From assembly GCA_964057225.1 (NCBI GenBank), contig OZ059898.1, positions 13,702,001 to 13,766,000 of the forward strand: a stretch of DNA of 64,000 nucleotides. Direction: 5' to 3'. The notes beneath the pieces are model-generated. The model was not told where the DNA came from, searched no databases, and was given only the letters and a program-made list of their open reading frames with translations. The position numbers and the translations under genes are program-made. Positions 13,242-27,177 of this stretch are shown piece after piece (the stretch's first letter is position 1; every line of letters begins with the position of its first letter). The DNA is from Auanema rhodensis. Its lineage: Eukaryota; Animalia; Nematoda.

Positions 13242-16172
13242 TTACTGCCTATGAGATGGGCTCATAGATTGCCTTCTTTGATTTTCTAAATCACGGTCTT
13301 TCAAACTATCAGAAATTCGTTTTTTCAATTCAGTTGGGAAACGATCATAGCATCGTTTACATGTTGGTTTCATATCAAACTCATAGAATTTAGTTCTGAA
13401 ATATTGTTATGAAGGACTTTTCATCAATTATTAGCTTACTTATGATCCATTTTCTTATCGCAGAATGAGCATGAGAAGCATTTGATGCACCAAGTCTTTT
13501 GAAGCGCTTGGAAAATTTCTCCACCACAAGCTTCTCCACATTTGAAGCAAAGATTTCCAAAAAGCTAAAGAAAAACAGAATAAAACTTAAACATAAAAAG
13601 ATTTTTAAATGATTCATACCTTATGATAATGTTGATCACAGTAAGCCAAGCCTTTGCGTTCATAATGACGATGACCGAGGAAAGGTTTCTCACACACAGA
13701 ACAAACGAAATGCTATAATAGAGTTTTTATTTTAATGAAATTTTTTTTTCTCAAATAGAACAAACCTCAACATGCCAGTGCTTTCCAAGAGCAGTAACAA
13801 CTCTCTCTTCAATTGGACGATGACAAGCTCCACAAATAGGAATACCCATTGTATCATGACAACGTAGACAATATAATTCTCCACCAACTTCACGTGAATC
13901 AACAGTAAGCTCACAACTACAATATTAGCATTTGATTTATATGTTTTGTATTTTATGTTATAAATAGTGATATACATATAAGTATGAATATATGTATAAT
14001 ATGCTAATTAGCTAATATCACGTGAAATTCACGTACATATGATGCGTGTAATAATATTTTTGCTACACTATTTTCAAAAACCGGTTGCATTTTATTAAAA
14101 ACAATGTATTTTAAAATGAATAAAGTTAGTTGTTTTCAGTTCATACCTGCATTTTTTACATTTGAAATGGTACGGATGGTATGAATCTCCTCGGAATTTA
14201 ATATGTTGACCCTCGTCAATCATTGCATTACACTTATGGCACACATAACGTCCTGTTCCAGCAGCCTTTTCATGCTCATTGCAATCACGACAAAGAGCTC
14301 TGAAGTATTTGTTTTTAATTATAATACATATAGTTATATATTAATATTATTTGTATAATAATATAATATTTTAAATAGTTTTTTTCTACAATAAAATCCA
14401 AATGTGCAATATCTACCTTCCAGCGTTTCTGAGAAATCCAATGTCAGCCAGTTCTTTACTACACAGCTCACAGCGGAAGCATTGTGGATGCCAGCTGGCA
14501 TTCATAGCTTTAATCACACGGCCAACAATGAATTCATCTATAAAGTGTTTATTTTTTTGGGAAATTAGTTTAAAAAAATGGAATAATCATGCTAATTTCA
14601 TTGATAATCCCTCAAAAAGTATATGTGTTATGAGAGAACTTGAATCAGAAAACTTACTGCATTTTCCGCAGCATGGAGCATAAAGAACATGAAAATCATG
14701 CTCACAGTACTTTCTACCCTCGAATTCGAAGTAAATACCATCGGGGAAAGGCTCAAAACATTGTGCACACCTAATAATATATAGATATAGTTAACATGTT
14801 TTCTATTAACTATTAGCAAAGATAAATGAGTGAGTGCTTAACCACTTACACAAAGCATTCCGAGTGCCATACTTGACCAGTTGAATTGACAATCTGGTCT
14901 TGTAACGAGAAGCCATCAGCACATCTAAATACTATTTTGTGAAAAAAAAAAACGAAATGATAAGTTATTCTTGCTTCGATAAACAATGCGAGAAAAATGG
15001 AATTTCTAATAAAACTGACCTAACACAAACCAAATTTTCAAAGCCATGTGCTAATTCTCCATTAATATGAGCATCCATTCCACCACACACCATCTGAGAA
15101 AAATGTAAATAAGAGAAATATTTAAAAAGAAATAATCAATAGATGAATGAATCATTATATTGTTTCAATAAATTGTATAAAATCAATAAAAATGGAAAAT
15201 TTTTGTTTTTTTTTGTTGGCGAAAATTGTCTTGAAAAATCAAAAATGTTAAGTTAAGAAAGAGCATATTGACTTGAAGATAATAGAGGTGGAATGGTAGA
15301 GGTTTAATGTGTAGGTGGTGGATATCAATAGCATAGAAGAAACGTTTTCAGTGTAAAGCTAGAGAGAGAAAGAGAGAGATGGAACAGAAAGGCATTCGAA
15401 TTGCCACAATGAACAGACGACGACATCATATAGCTCTTTGGACAGCCGGCAAAAATTTTTAAGCTGAAGCATCACCAGTAAATAAGTTAATGAATAAGAA
15501 TTTGAGAAGAAAAATCAGCAAAAAATATATTGAGAAAACGAATACGTTTATGATAATTTGAAAATTTAGTTTTAAATAAAATTAATATTTTTAGAAACAA
15601 ATTGTTAAACCTCAGCCCTCCTTTCCCTTTTTAAGTAAATGAAAACTTTCGAATAATTTTGAAACTAAAAGTATATCTAATCAACAAAATCGTGAGAATA
15701 TGAATGAATCAACAGAATTTAGGTTGAAACGATCGCAATGCGATTTTCGGGAAGAAAAAGAGCAACAATCTTGGCATTTCGCCAGAAAAAAATTGGGTTT
15801 AGAACTAAAGCGAAACGAGCCTTCAAACTGAGGCGTGGTCCACAAAAGCATTGATCCCCGAGAGAGAAAAGAAAAAGAAAAAAGAGAGTGAAAGAATATT
15901 TGAGAGAAATGATGGGAGGGTGCTAGACCGCAAACAACTTAGATATGTCCAGCACGGCTTGTACTACTAAACATCAGGAAAAATGGTGTTTCCATTTTGT
16001 ATTAAAACACAGGATGTGAGAAACAAAAACATTTTAAAAGAGTTTTTGAAAGAAAACATTCCAGAAATGAATAAAGTAGTAATAAATAGGTAATAGAATG
16101 AATATAATATGATATAAGAATGAGTTAGAGGTTAAGTCATTTGCATAAAAATAAAGACGAGGAAGGAGAGAA

Positions 16173-16209
<37 letters not shown>

Positions 16210-16282
16210 AGGAGAAGGGTTATTACTAAAAGAGAAAAGATAATTGAAAACTTACATTTGTAGTAGATCTTTGTACTTCCAT
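13242..16282 (-). CDS. unc-97: PINCH LIM-domain adaptor (5 LIM domains)
   Basis: [18 protein letters not shown]..., [25 protein letters not shown]-terminal [28 protein letters not shown]. The small upstream exon MEVQRSTTN (ATG 16282, GTAAGT donor) is inferred; an alternative start lies near 15093. Confidence 0.93.
14000..14089 (-). promoter_or_regulatory. Dispersed bipartite element copy (in unc-97 intron)
   Basis: On the minus strand: TGCAACCGG (14089-14081), TACGTGAATTTCACGTGA (ACGT at 14031 and 14020), then TAATTAGCATA. Confidence 0.65.
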
Positions 16283-16842
16283 ATAAATATTCTATTCTTC
16301 CTATTTGAATGATAATTGAACTAGACTGTTTTCATAGATTATAAGACTTATCTGTATAAAAATAGAAAATTAGGAAGAAACAAATAAGAAAAAGAAGTTG
16401 AAATACAAGAAAATATGAATTTATCAGTTAAGATAACTCTCTTATGCTATAACAGTTCGTAAGATCAATTCTTATACTATGTATAGAATATGTGTGTTCT
16501 TTTGATGAAATAGAGAAAGAGAGCTAAGATAGAAGGATAATGTCATCTGAAGAGATGATTTGGGTCAAATGTGTATATATGCTGGTAGAGACGGAGAGGA
16601 ACAGAAGAACATCGATCGATCACTATAGCATTCAGAAGAAAGACGAAGATAGAGAGAAAAAGAAAGATTGACAGCAGATGATGATGTTAGCAAGATAGTT
16701 GTGAGAGAGGAAGAGACAAACATATAAAGGAATACAGAGAGATTGAGTCAATGAATGGCATTGTAAGTAAAGATAAATCATGAAGAAACTTTAAGACAAA
16801 CTTACGAGAGGTTAAGAGAAAGAGAGAGATACAGAGAGGCAT

Positions 16843-16851
16843 AGAGAGAGA

Positions 16852-16920
<69 letters not shown>
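16843..16920. repeat. (GA)n microsatellite
   Basis: About 78 nt of near-perfect AG repeat. Shorter tracts lie at ~16175-16208 and, as (CT)n, at ~24486-24520. Confidence 0.95.
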
Positions 16921-16925
<5 letters not shown>

Positions 16926-19900
16926 TAGAGAAGTGGGGAAGATTAATAAAAATAGAAAAAGGATTTGGATTACTCATGTATTTTTGTTTTCATACACTCA
17001 TATTTCACTTTTAATTTCACAAACTTTTTAGAAGAAGAGAAGCATTTTTAGATATTTGATCAATGTTGTGGAAAGAAAATTAGAAAGTTGTTTCCTATGC
17101 ATTTCTACTGAGATAAATTCATCGAAAAGCTCCACATTCTCTATTCCCTCTTTAGTCCTCCTCTTTTATCTCTCTCTCCCTCTCTATCTTTCTCTCTCTT
17201 CATGAAGCTTTCACGCATTTCCATTTAAAACAGATGGTTGTACACCCATGAAACAGCTTCCATTATACTCAGTATCATCTTTTCCTGAAAGCTTAACGAT
17301 CATAGACAACACAATCAAGTTGTTTCGTAGCTAGCCAAGCCAATCAAAGCTTCCGGAATGGTAATATAATTCAAAATAAAGATTTGTAATGGATTTCGTT
17401 ACAACTTTATAGCAGCTTGATGATGTCCATTTTGTGTATCTCTGATAGATGTTTTTCCTGACCTCAACTTATATACTATGACCCCATACATCTACTTTCA
17501 GGTCAACGTAATCTAGGCCTAAGTTACAGCTTGTCATATAATACCGCCTGGTTAGGCAATCTTACTCTTACTCCACATACCAGATATGCTCAATATAAAG
17601 CTCAAAAAGTTCATAACACATATGAGTACGGATGTTTTATTAATTAAAAAAAATAAAAACAATACTGTTCAAAGCAATAGTTCAAACATTTTCGATTAAA
17701 AATAAGAGGTTTTGCCATAAAAAGCGATTAAACCTTTTGTATTTTTAATGATAAAAAGAAACCATAAGAAAAAGATTAACCTTCAACTATTTAAGCATAT
17801 CATATTATTAATAAAAAATAAATAATAAAGGTATATACACATATTTAATCATTTTTACAGGTCGTCTCATCAACATGATTTTATAATGACGTCAATAATA
17901 GTTATATTTAGATATTTTATACCTTTTTTTAAATTTTTTCCTAATCCCGATTAAACTTTCTACTTTTGTATATTTATAAATATACATTTATATATGTATG
18001 TATGTATGTCTGTAAGTATGTAAGTATCTTTGAATAGAAAAACAAACAAGTACAACTTTCCTTATAAAATGGTTCATTTTTCTTCATTTTGTCTCTTATT
18101 TGTTGTTTTTATATTTTGAATACATTTTTTCTTTTGTTGTTTAAAAAAATATATGACATCTTTTATTTTTTATTTTGGAAAGAAAAAATAACAATTTTAC
18201 TAGACAAATTTAAAAAAAAAGAAAGTTTGACTTGACAATTCATGTATGTATGTGTATGTGTATGAATTAATAAATTATATCTTATAAATCTAAATCTAAA
18301 TCTAAATATAGCATATATTTTATATTTTTGATATATATATATATATATATAGTCTATAATATATAAATATATATAGAAAGATGTTTATCTATAAAGAGTT
18401 TCATCTTCTATTCTATCTTAACACTAGTTTACAGACTTTGTTATTGAATATACATAAATTAGTTAACAAAAGGACAAAGAAATAAAATAAAATATATCTG
18501 ATTTTGCAAGAATATGAAATGAAAATTAAATGTGAATGATGAAGCTGTTTAATAATAATATTTTTAAATTAAACTGTTTGTACTTTTTTTTAATATTTTA
18601 TTTTCATTTTGGAAGAAATTATTTTACTATCACTCTTCTTTACAAAAAAAAACACAACAAACTTAACTACAATGTTATTGCAAATGCAAATCATTTATGA
18701 AGATTGTGAACAAATAAAAAAAAATAATTGAAAACTACTTATTGCATCAACAACATTAAATTTCCAAATCACGTACAACTGTTTGTCTATAGGTTTTCAC
18801 GTGTAAATTAGCATATTCTAATGATGGTTTTATAATTGAAAAATTTTAAATATCAAAAATTTCAAAAAAAAAAAGAAAAGAAATAAAAGATTTTAAAAAG
18901 ATTGATAAATAAAAGGATATGAAAAGAAAAAAGAAAGAGAAAGACAAAAAGAGAGAGAGAGATAGAGGATGAATTTCATGTAAAAGGCGGAGAATTTGTC
19001 AAACAACATCATGTCCAGAATTCAAAGAACAAATCTCTTGTAGAGAACAAGCTTTATATGGATAAAAATAGATTTCATGTCATCATCCTCATCATCCTTC
19101 TAATTCTATTTTTTGAATTTCAAATTTCAAATTATTCTGATAACCGTATGAGAAATGTTTTTTTTTTCGTCATTTATACTCTTATGGTTTGATCATTGAG
19201 TACATCGTTGTACTCCCAGTTCATCATCACATGTTCTTTCCAGTTTTCATAGCTTGAAGCCCAGCATGTGAAGTTTATTCAATACTTCCCTTTTAATATT
19301 TTAAAGCTATTATTTATTTTTTTGTTGTTGGATAAATACATTATTGTCATTTATTTTTGTTTATTAAACAAGGTTTCAAATAACGTTTACGAAGCCGAAT
19401 GATAATCCATGTGTTGAAAATGAAAAATTCAATTTGTGTTTATATTTTCATTTTTTAGATACCATAGTCACTATTTTTCACGATTTATTATATAATTAAA
19501 AGTATTTATATTCATTCTAATTTCTAAAATTAACATCTGAGAGGTTCAGAATTGAAACATTCTCATCGATGTAAAGGCGAAATTCTCCATATAATTCCCA
19601 GACACATTATCAAGAATGTAGATGATTAAGATCATGTATTTCTACTGGTAAAAGCTTACCTTCAAGCATTTTCTAGTAAATGCTATTTAATATTAATTTG
19701 TTTGCAGAAAATTGAAAAATATTCTGTATATACATGTATATAACTACTTGTTTTTTAGTTTAAATTGTTTAGATTGGCTTAACAGTTAAGTTTCAGTATA
19801 TTTTTTTCAAATATACATATACATCTATGTGATTAATCATATAAGCATTTTTTATTTCCATTTCTATAACTATATAATTTCTTTTTTTATATTTTTTACT

Positions 19901-21466
19901 TGTTCAAAAAACAATTCAAAAAACTGTTTCTTAATATATATTTATACATACATGTCTATTCAATAATAGTAAATAATTCAAAAATAGACGTAACGACATA
20001 ATGAACTGAAATAAGATATATTTATGTATATGTATGTACATCAATCTCTTTAATTTCTTTAATACTATCTCATCATAGTTTATGATTTAAACCATTTATT
20101 CTCTGTATATTGATGTCATTTATGATATTTTGGTTCTACTAACAGTCTATTTTTCAATTGTTTCAATACTCTCTTTACATTTAATCAACAAAAGTTAATA
20201 GTTGCAAGCAAAATGAAGAGATGTAGTTCATAAATCTCATCTCAATACACCTATCTATTGGGAAATACATATGCAGCTGTTGCTAAAAATTAAAAAAAAA
20301 TATTTTTTTTTTTCATTTTTCATTTTCTGCATTATCTTCTGTATCTAGATGTATACATCTATATAGTTTTCATATTTTAATTTTTTTTATTCTGTTAAAA
20401 TCGTTTGTTTGGACTATATTCTGCAAATAAAATTGATAATCATTCAACCATACCGGTCAAATACTAATAGTTGTTCATGAAATATCCTCCTCTCATATGA
20501 TTCTATTCATGTTCTACATTCAGTTTTGATATAAACACATCTCTTTTATAAATTTTCTTTTTAACTTTTTAAATTAAAAAAAATGTAATTAATAGGATAT
20601 ATGATGTATAGCTAGGAATATTAAGAATAATTAAGGGTAAATATATATATATATATATATTAATTAAATATAATAAGATTCATTTATTCAATATTTTAAA
20701 AAATATTTGAAAATAATAAAAAATTAGAATTAGAATTAATTTTGTAAAAGAGAAGGAAGAAAAGAATAAAAGAGGAGAAGAGAAATGATTGTAGTAGATA
20801 TACATATTTATATATAAAATACTATATATATTTATAATTGTTTATATAGTTATACTCATGCTATAAAACATTTCATATATTATCTTCTTCTTAACCTATC
20901 TTATATATAAAAGCTAAGGAGAAAAAATGATTTTTGATAATCTCTCTCTCTCTCTCTTTTTCCCTTATTCTCTCTATCTCCCTCTTTATTTTTATATTCT
21001 CTCAGAACATATTAGTTTTTTTTTCCTTTATGAAACCTTATGACGTTCTCATATTTCTAAGCAATATTGGTGAATTTCAATTATGTATAACTCACAAATA
21101 CCTGCATAGTATGCTCCAGGAAAAAAACGAATAGTGTTCTTATTCAAATTTCAAAATTAAAATGTATGGAAGATATATCTTCAAGATGATATTTGCATTC
21201 ATTATACGTGATATTGAATGTTTATATGTTCATTAACATGTTAAAAACATATTTTACTTTATTAGTACTATTTATATTTTTTAACTATATGCATGAATAC
21301 CAAGAATAATCTTTTTTTTTCTTTTGATTAGTTCTTTTCTTACTTCCTCTATATCTCTCTTTCTCTTTCTTTTTCTCTTCTTTTTTGTCTATTTCTTATA
21401 ATTTATATGTTCTACCTATACCTACGCAATATATTTTAAAAGAAAAATATTTTATAATTTCAATAG

Positions 21467-22750
21467 AATCGTTGTTCAACATACAACCAACTACTTACTG
21501 TCTATGAAATCGTGGAGGTCTGATCCAGTTTTAATAAAACCAACGTTATTTGATTTTTTGACCACATGGAATGACAATACTAAAAGTAATAGCATTGTTC
21601 TTTTATGAATGAAATATACTTTTAAATATTTTTTTCAGAAAGTTCTTCTATTTCATTTCATGTTCAATATACCATAGATGAGGTATAAGTTTTAATAAAA
21701 GTTTATAAGATAAATATTCAAATATTTCTAGTTCAAGACAACAATTCCAACTAATTTACCTCCAAACGAACAAAGACGGTTTGAGAGAAAGCTTGAAATG
21801 AAACTGCATCGACAACAGACCCTGTTCATAGCCAATACTAAAGATAGTTTAAGTGGTAAGTATCCGGAAGAAAGTTTGACAGACGACGTCAATTGCTGTT
21901 TTAGAGCCATTAAGAAGACAAGCATCTTTGCCTGAATTATCTTTATTGCCTTCTAATTTCTCATTCAAACGTGTTTCATTTCTATTTAAAGAAGATTGTT
22001 CTTTCTGGCTACCATCGTTAAAAAGATCTTCACAAATTAGTCAGCCAGTAAGTAAATTCAAATACTTTAGATTTTTCATATCTTCAATCAAAGTTTGTTT
22101 CTCTGAGAGCAAACTATCACTATATTCTCGGGGTAATTCTCACAAAGTCAAAGTAATTAAAATTCTTAGATAATTAGAATATCTCATGTTACCATTTCCA
22201 CGTATCTCACGTAATTTCAAAAAATGAAATAAATCATTCAACTTTTAACAATGTCATTAAGCGGTTGCATTTATTGTGTTATTTTCAAAAATATATAATT
22301 TTTTATATTTAAACTATAATTTATAATAATGTTATTTATAGGAATGGACATTATATTCTCCTAAACCTATTCTTGTTCGTAAACCGCGATGTTCATCTTT
22401 ACCTTTATGTCATATGGATTTCGATTCATTCAATGCTTGGAGAAGAGGATCACAAATTAGTGAAGAGGTTAATTATATATTTATTATAACTGCTATAGTT
22501 ATATATTATAATTTAATTAATTTTTTCACAAAATTATGTAATGATAATATTAAATTAATTAAATTGTATTTTAGCTCTATCAAACAAATGCTGCTGTAGC
22601 CCAGAGACTCAGGAAAAAGTTTAAAGATGCGGAAAATTCAGATATCTGGACGCGAACATGCGAATTTTTGAAATCATTTTTATTTCATTGTAAATCTCAA
22701 AATCGAACACAACCTCAAGAAGTAATATATTCAGATGATTATAAACAATA
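21467..22750 (+). CDS. Uncharacterised multi-exon protein (5' end uncertain)
   Basis: Six exons joined by phase-consistent GT-AG introns give a continuous frame (MKSWRSDPVLIKP...PLRRQASLPEL...RKPRCSSLPL...AWRRGSQISEELYQ...DDYKQ*). ATG at 21504, but the frame is open back to an acceptor at 21466. Confidence 0.7.
22198..22269 (-). promoter_or_regulatory. Dispersed bipartite element copy (intronic)
   Basis: On the minus strand: TGCAACCGC (22269-22261), then TTACGTGAGATACGTGG (ACGT at 22209 and 22200). Confidence 0.65.
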
Positions 22751-22903
22751 GACAAATTATATTTATAATAATCTTTATTTATTAATTTATGTTATAATGT
22801 TTTTTTATTTTAAAATCATAAAATGCCATATAATGTTTCATTTGCAAAATATTTTTTTTTGTTTTTATAACATAATATATTGTTTTTTTTTATTGAACTG
22901 TTA

Positions 22904-23980
22904 TTAATAAATAATATTAATTAAGAAAAGAATGAATAAAATAATAAATGAAGCTTGATAATGTGATGGTGATGAATTACAAAAATGATTATTCTTACAA
23001 TAACAATTTGTACGAGTTCTTGATGAATATGCTGTTTGACACACTGAAATAAACTAGAATTAGAACCAAAAATATAAATTATTGCAAAGATTTATGTGAA
23101 ATTATGGTTTTGAATCACAAGCAATAGAAGGAAGTTAGAGAGGCCATAAACGGAAATTGATAGGTGAAAAGGAAATAAACCAACTAACCAGCAGCTTTCG
23201 AATCTATCGGAGGCGCATCAATGCAACTCAACAGATATCCACTATCTACAATTTCATATATGGAGTTTGGTTTTGTATATTTCATGAAACTTACTAAGCT
23301 CATTCATTCCCTTATAACAATATTTTCCAGTGCAGTAATTGTCTTTGTTGCAATATCTTGAAAAACGAATTAAAAGATGAGATTTACAGAAAGAGTAAAA
23401 ATAGTATACTGCTAACAAAGAAAGAAAGAAAGATACAATGAAAACGAGAAAAAAGGAAGAGAAAGAGTTTATCAATTCTATACTTTGCCAATTCTTTTCT
23501 ATATACATACGTAATTCTTTAAAATGTTTGTTTTTCATGTTTATTTATCATTTAACAGACTTATGATCACCAAAAAAAGCTTCGTTCTTTTGCATTTGAA
23601 ACAAAAATTTGTTATTCCTCTTCGTTTTTGTTCTCTTTTCATATTTCTCTTTTTCTATTTTTATTTTTAGCCATTCTGCTATTGCTGATGCTTTTCATTA
23701 TGTTTTGATAATAAGGAAAAACATCATTCTGGAATACCTCGAGAAGGATGTAACGTCTTCAGGTACTATACATGAGTAGCAGTGTAGTCCAGATGCTATT
23801 CCTATATAATCTAGAACAACATCATCAACATTCAAATTGTTTTTATGTCTTTTATTTTAAATTATTTTACAAAAATATAAAAAATCTTTTTTGATATCAG
23901 AATATTATTATAGTTTTTATTATTATTTTTAGACAAAACTTACTTTGAAGAAGAAATAATACAACTACAGCTTTGAGCAT
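22904..23980 (-). CDS. Small secreted Cys-rich Ly6/three-finger-like protein with probable GPI anchor
   Basis: Signal peptide MLKAVVVLFLLQ; LHCYSC ... YCNKDNYCTGKYCYK ... SC ... CQ ... CYCKNNHFCN; hydrophobic C-terminal tail (SFIILFILFLINIIY*); five phase-consistent exons. Confidence 0.75.
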
Positions 23981-24031
23981 ATTCACTTCTATAGAATAAG
24001 GGAATCTCCTTATTCTCACACAGATTTATAT

Positions 24032-24044
24032 GTCTCTTGGTAAC
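24032..24044. promoter_or_regulatory. X-box (RFX/DAF-19)-like motif GTCTCTTGGTAAC
   Basis: 13-bp imperfect palindrome resembling GTNNCCATGGNAAC, ~50-65 bp upstream of the Ly6-like ATG. Confidence 0.3.
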
Positions 24045-24482
24045 CATATACATATATGAAACAACCGTCCATTTTTTAGAGAAAAAAAAAAGTTTTTTTT
24101 TTATTTGAAAATAGCCATGGTTTCAATATCTTTCTAGTATCTATCTGATCTTTGCTTATATTTTTCCTTTCATGATTTCATATGATAATCTAATAAAGTT
24201 GGAAAAATTATTTGAATAAAAGGGAATATTTTGCTCTAATTGACGCACGAAAAACTATTTATGATTCATTGATTCAAATATATATAAATAGATATTAATA
24301 AACTTATTAGATTCCTAATATTGATATCAAGACACTATTTATAATTGAATTAACTATAATACTTAACAAACCCTTCCTCCAATCAAATCATAATTGTATG
24401 ACGCACATGACACTTTCTTCTAACTTTCTACATGCTAGTTTCTACAATTAAGAAAAGGTTTATCTATCCATTTATTCCTCTT

Positions 24483-24522
<40 letters not shown>

Positions 24523-25125
24523 TTTCTATCATTGAAACATAATCTCATTTATTCTCTTTTTTTGGCTTCGCTCTCCTTCTTTCTTCTTCTCACCCTCTCT
24601 TCTTCTCTTTCTCTCCCTCTCCCTCCATGCTTTTTCTCTCTCACTTTGTTCAGCCTATGGTGTTTCTTTCTATATTTCTTATCAATCTGCATACTCAATT
24701 TAAAGCAATTGCTGCCGGCTTGTTCTGATTTGTTTGCTTAAATGTTACCTTGACAACCTATCACACCGTTCTTTGGCCAAATCCTATATAAGGCTTGAAC
24801 ACATATACTTCGAGCTAACTTATCAGAGTTAAACAGACCATTTGATGACGCCGACAACGAGGTTCTGTTCAAGATCACCACCAATTATTTTTTTTTTGAT
24901 TTCGTTCATTTCTCTCATTATTAGAACTGTCTACTATCTATTATCTTGTCGATTTAGATGAATTTTTTCAAGATTTTTTTTGGATTATCTCACCTTTTTT
25001 CCATATTTTTCCGATTGAAATTACATATTTTCTTTCTAGTTTTCTTATTACTCAATACGTTTAAGCTTATAGCTGTTCAAATATTTTAATCAAACTTTAT
25101 TTCTTGCTTCAGTTATTTTGTGAAA

Positions 25126-27177
25126 ATGGCTCAATCTGTTTGTGATAATATCAATGATCCAGTGCGATGTCAACTACAACAGCTCTATATGTATTCAGAT
25201 CCACTATTCCTTGGTAAATTAATTAAAATAATAATCAATTGAATATATCTAAAATATAATTTTGTTTAGAAAATACAACTTTATATGTTGTATATGGTTT
25301 GAATTTGGCTTTAGTTTTCTTATTCTGGATCTGTATATTCTTTCGAATTCGAAATGATTATGCATCTTACTATCTATTATCATCCTTGATACCATATACG
25401 TTCAGCTTGATTTCTGTAGTAGCACGGAAGATTATCACAGTATCAGCTGGTTTACCTGAATTGTTAGTTTATATTTCATCAGCTTATTCACGATATAACT
25501 ATGTATTTTCAGAACGTCATGGTTTTTCCGTATAGAAATGGTATTGGCTAACTGTGCTCGTATTGTATTTCCTTTAACAACACTTCTATTCATGTTGTTT
25601 ACTATTTATGTAGCTTGTTCAAGAAAATATATTTATCCAAGTATTGCATTGTAAGTTCCTTTTATATTCAATTTTTAAATATTTCATCAATTCTTCATAA
25701 ATTCTTTTGATTAGTTAGATCAAAATGATGACCGTCATACAGCAATTAACATCGAGATGTAAGATGTAGCTGTCGTCGTTGTTCATCTAATCCTCGAGGG
25801 CTTCATATCAAGAGTATGAGGTCTTCCCATCATATCATAATGTTATTCTTCAAAATTTTGAATATAAATCACGTTTTCCCCCTAGTTTTAGATGAAAAAG
25901 TCAACTGATTGTTTTTGTGAAACTCTGACGTAGTTTGTCACCTCAACATCATCACAAACGTTTTTTCCTTTTTTTTTTGTTTCAAAAATTAAAAAGTTTG
26001 CTAATATTTCGCAATAGAAGAATATGATGAAATAACCAAAATTAGCTCTGCTTAATACTAACTGCTAGGTTATAATTTCGTCGATTACAGCATTCTCAAT
26101 GAGATCATTGTCGGCTTGGTATTGGCAACTCTAGCATTAGCTGAGTTTGTTCCAACTCAAATATGGCGAGACATCGTTCAATGGATAAATTATGTTCCAC
26201 TTGTTGCCACTATAGGAACTGTCGTATTGCTGGCATTGGTTAGTTAATTAACTAAAATTACAAATTTTTGTTAATAAATTATAATTAAACATAATTATAA
26301 AATAAAAATATAGTTAAACTTAAAGTATATTCTTAAAAACATTTCCGATCTTTAACTGCTTTTCGCATCAACTGATTGATATGTTATATACTATATACTA
26401 TACATATGTATGAAACATGTATAGTATATATTTAAATTCTTTCAAGAATATGTCTCTTATACTCTCTACACATCATTCAAAATTCTATTATCTTTTTCTC
26501 ACTTACATTCATATAGAGCAATTGTAATTTTATGAGAGGAAATAGAATTATTTGAGACTTGAATTTCAAAAACCTTCAGCTGTATTGAAGAATTTATTCA
26601 AAGTTTTCGCAGATTGTCAGATAAATTTGAAAATTTTTCAGATCATTCTCACATTAATTTTCACCTGTTGCTGTTGTCGTAGCGATCATCATGATAATCC
26701 AGTTGTCTATAACTCCAAACGACGATTATTATGGACATTCATCTATGTAGTAGTTGTCTATGCGATCAACTTTGGTATTCCAATCTACATATCTCAAACA
26801 TACTACTTCCCACATATTGATCCATCTTATCAGATAACACTTGATAATATTCGACCATATTTAGTAGTCGTTCCATTGGCTATGAACTTGATGGGAATAT
26901 ATGTACTAATTCCAGCATTTCTTCTACTACCAACATTTAGGTGAGTTTCCCACCATTTTCTAAACTATTTATTGAAAGAAATGTTCAAAAATCTTCTAAA
27001 CTTCCCACCTTCGCTTTTTGTTTAGAACAGACATGAATGTTTTTTTTTCTCAAAAAAAGAAAACAATGAAAATGATCATCAAAATACATAAATTGTTGTT
27101 TCAGGACAGCATTATTCTGCATTAGCAACGGAAATCGAGCTACAGTTCTGCCAACTACAAATCCACCAAAAGCATAA
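25126..27177 (+). CDS. Multi-pass (probably 7TM) membrane protein, GPCR/serpentine-like
   Basis: Six phase-consistent exons with about seven hydrophobic segments (e.g. LYVVYGLNLALVFLFWICIFF; RRLLWTFIYVVVVYAINFGIP; LMGIYVLIPAFLLLPTFRTALF). Confidence 0.72.

Noticed and set aside
13242-13300. Suspected frameshift at the unc-97 C-terminus
   Set aside because: On re-reading, the frame is intact ([14 protein letters not shown]).
16687-16977. ORF with an SLSLSL run (similar ORFs at 24532, 49941, 51627)
   Set aside because: Translation of (GA/TC)n microsatellites and purine tracts.
17513-17560. Isolated TTAGGC/GCCTAA hexamers
   Set aside because: Single scattered copies, not a telomeric array or an evident telomere-addition site.
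24062-24070. Other CAACCG sites (24062, 49907, 60041 minus strand, and coding sites at ~38174 and ~63835)
   Set aside because: They lack the 5' T(A/G) and have no downstream ACGT pair; counted as background rather than element copies.
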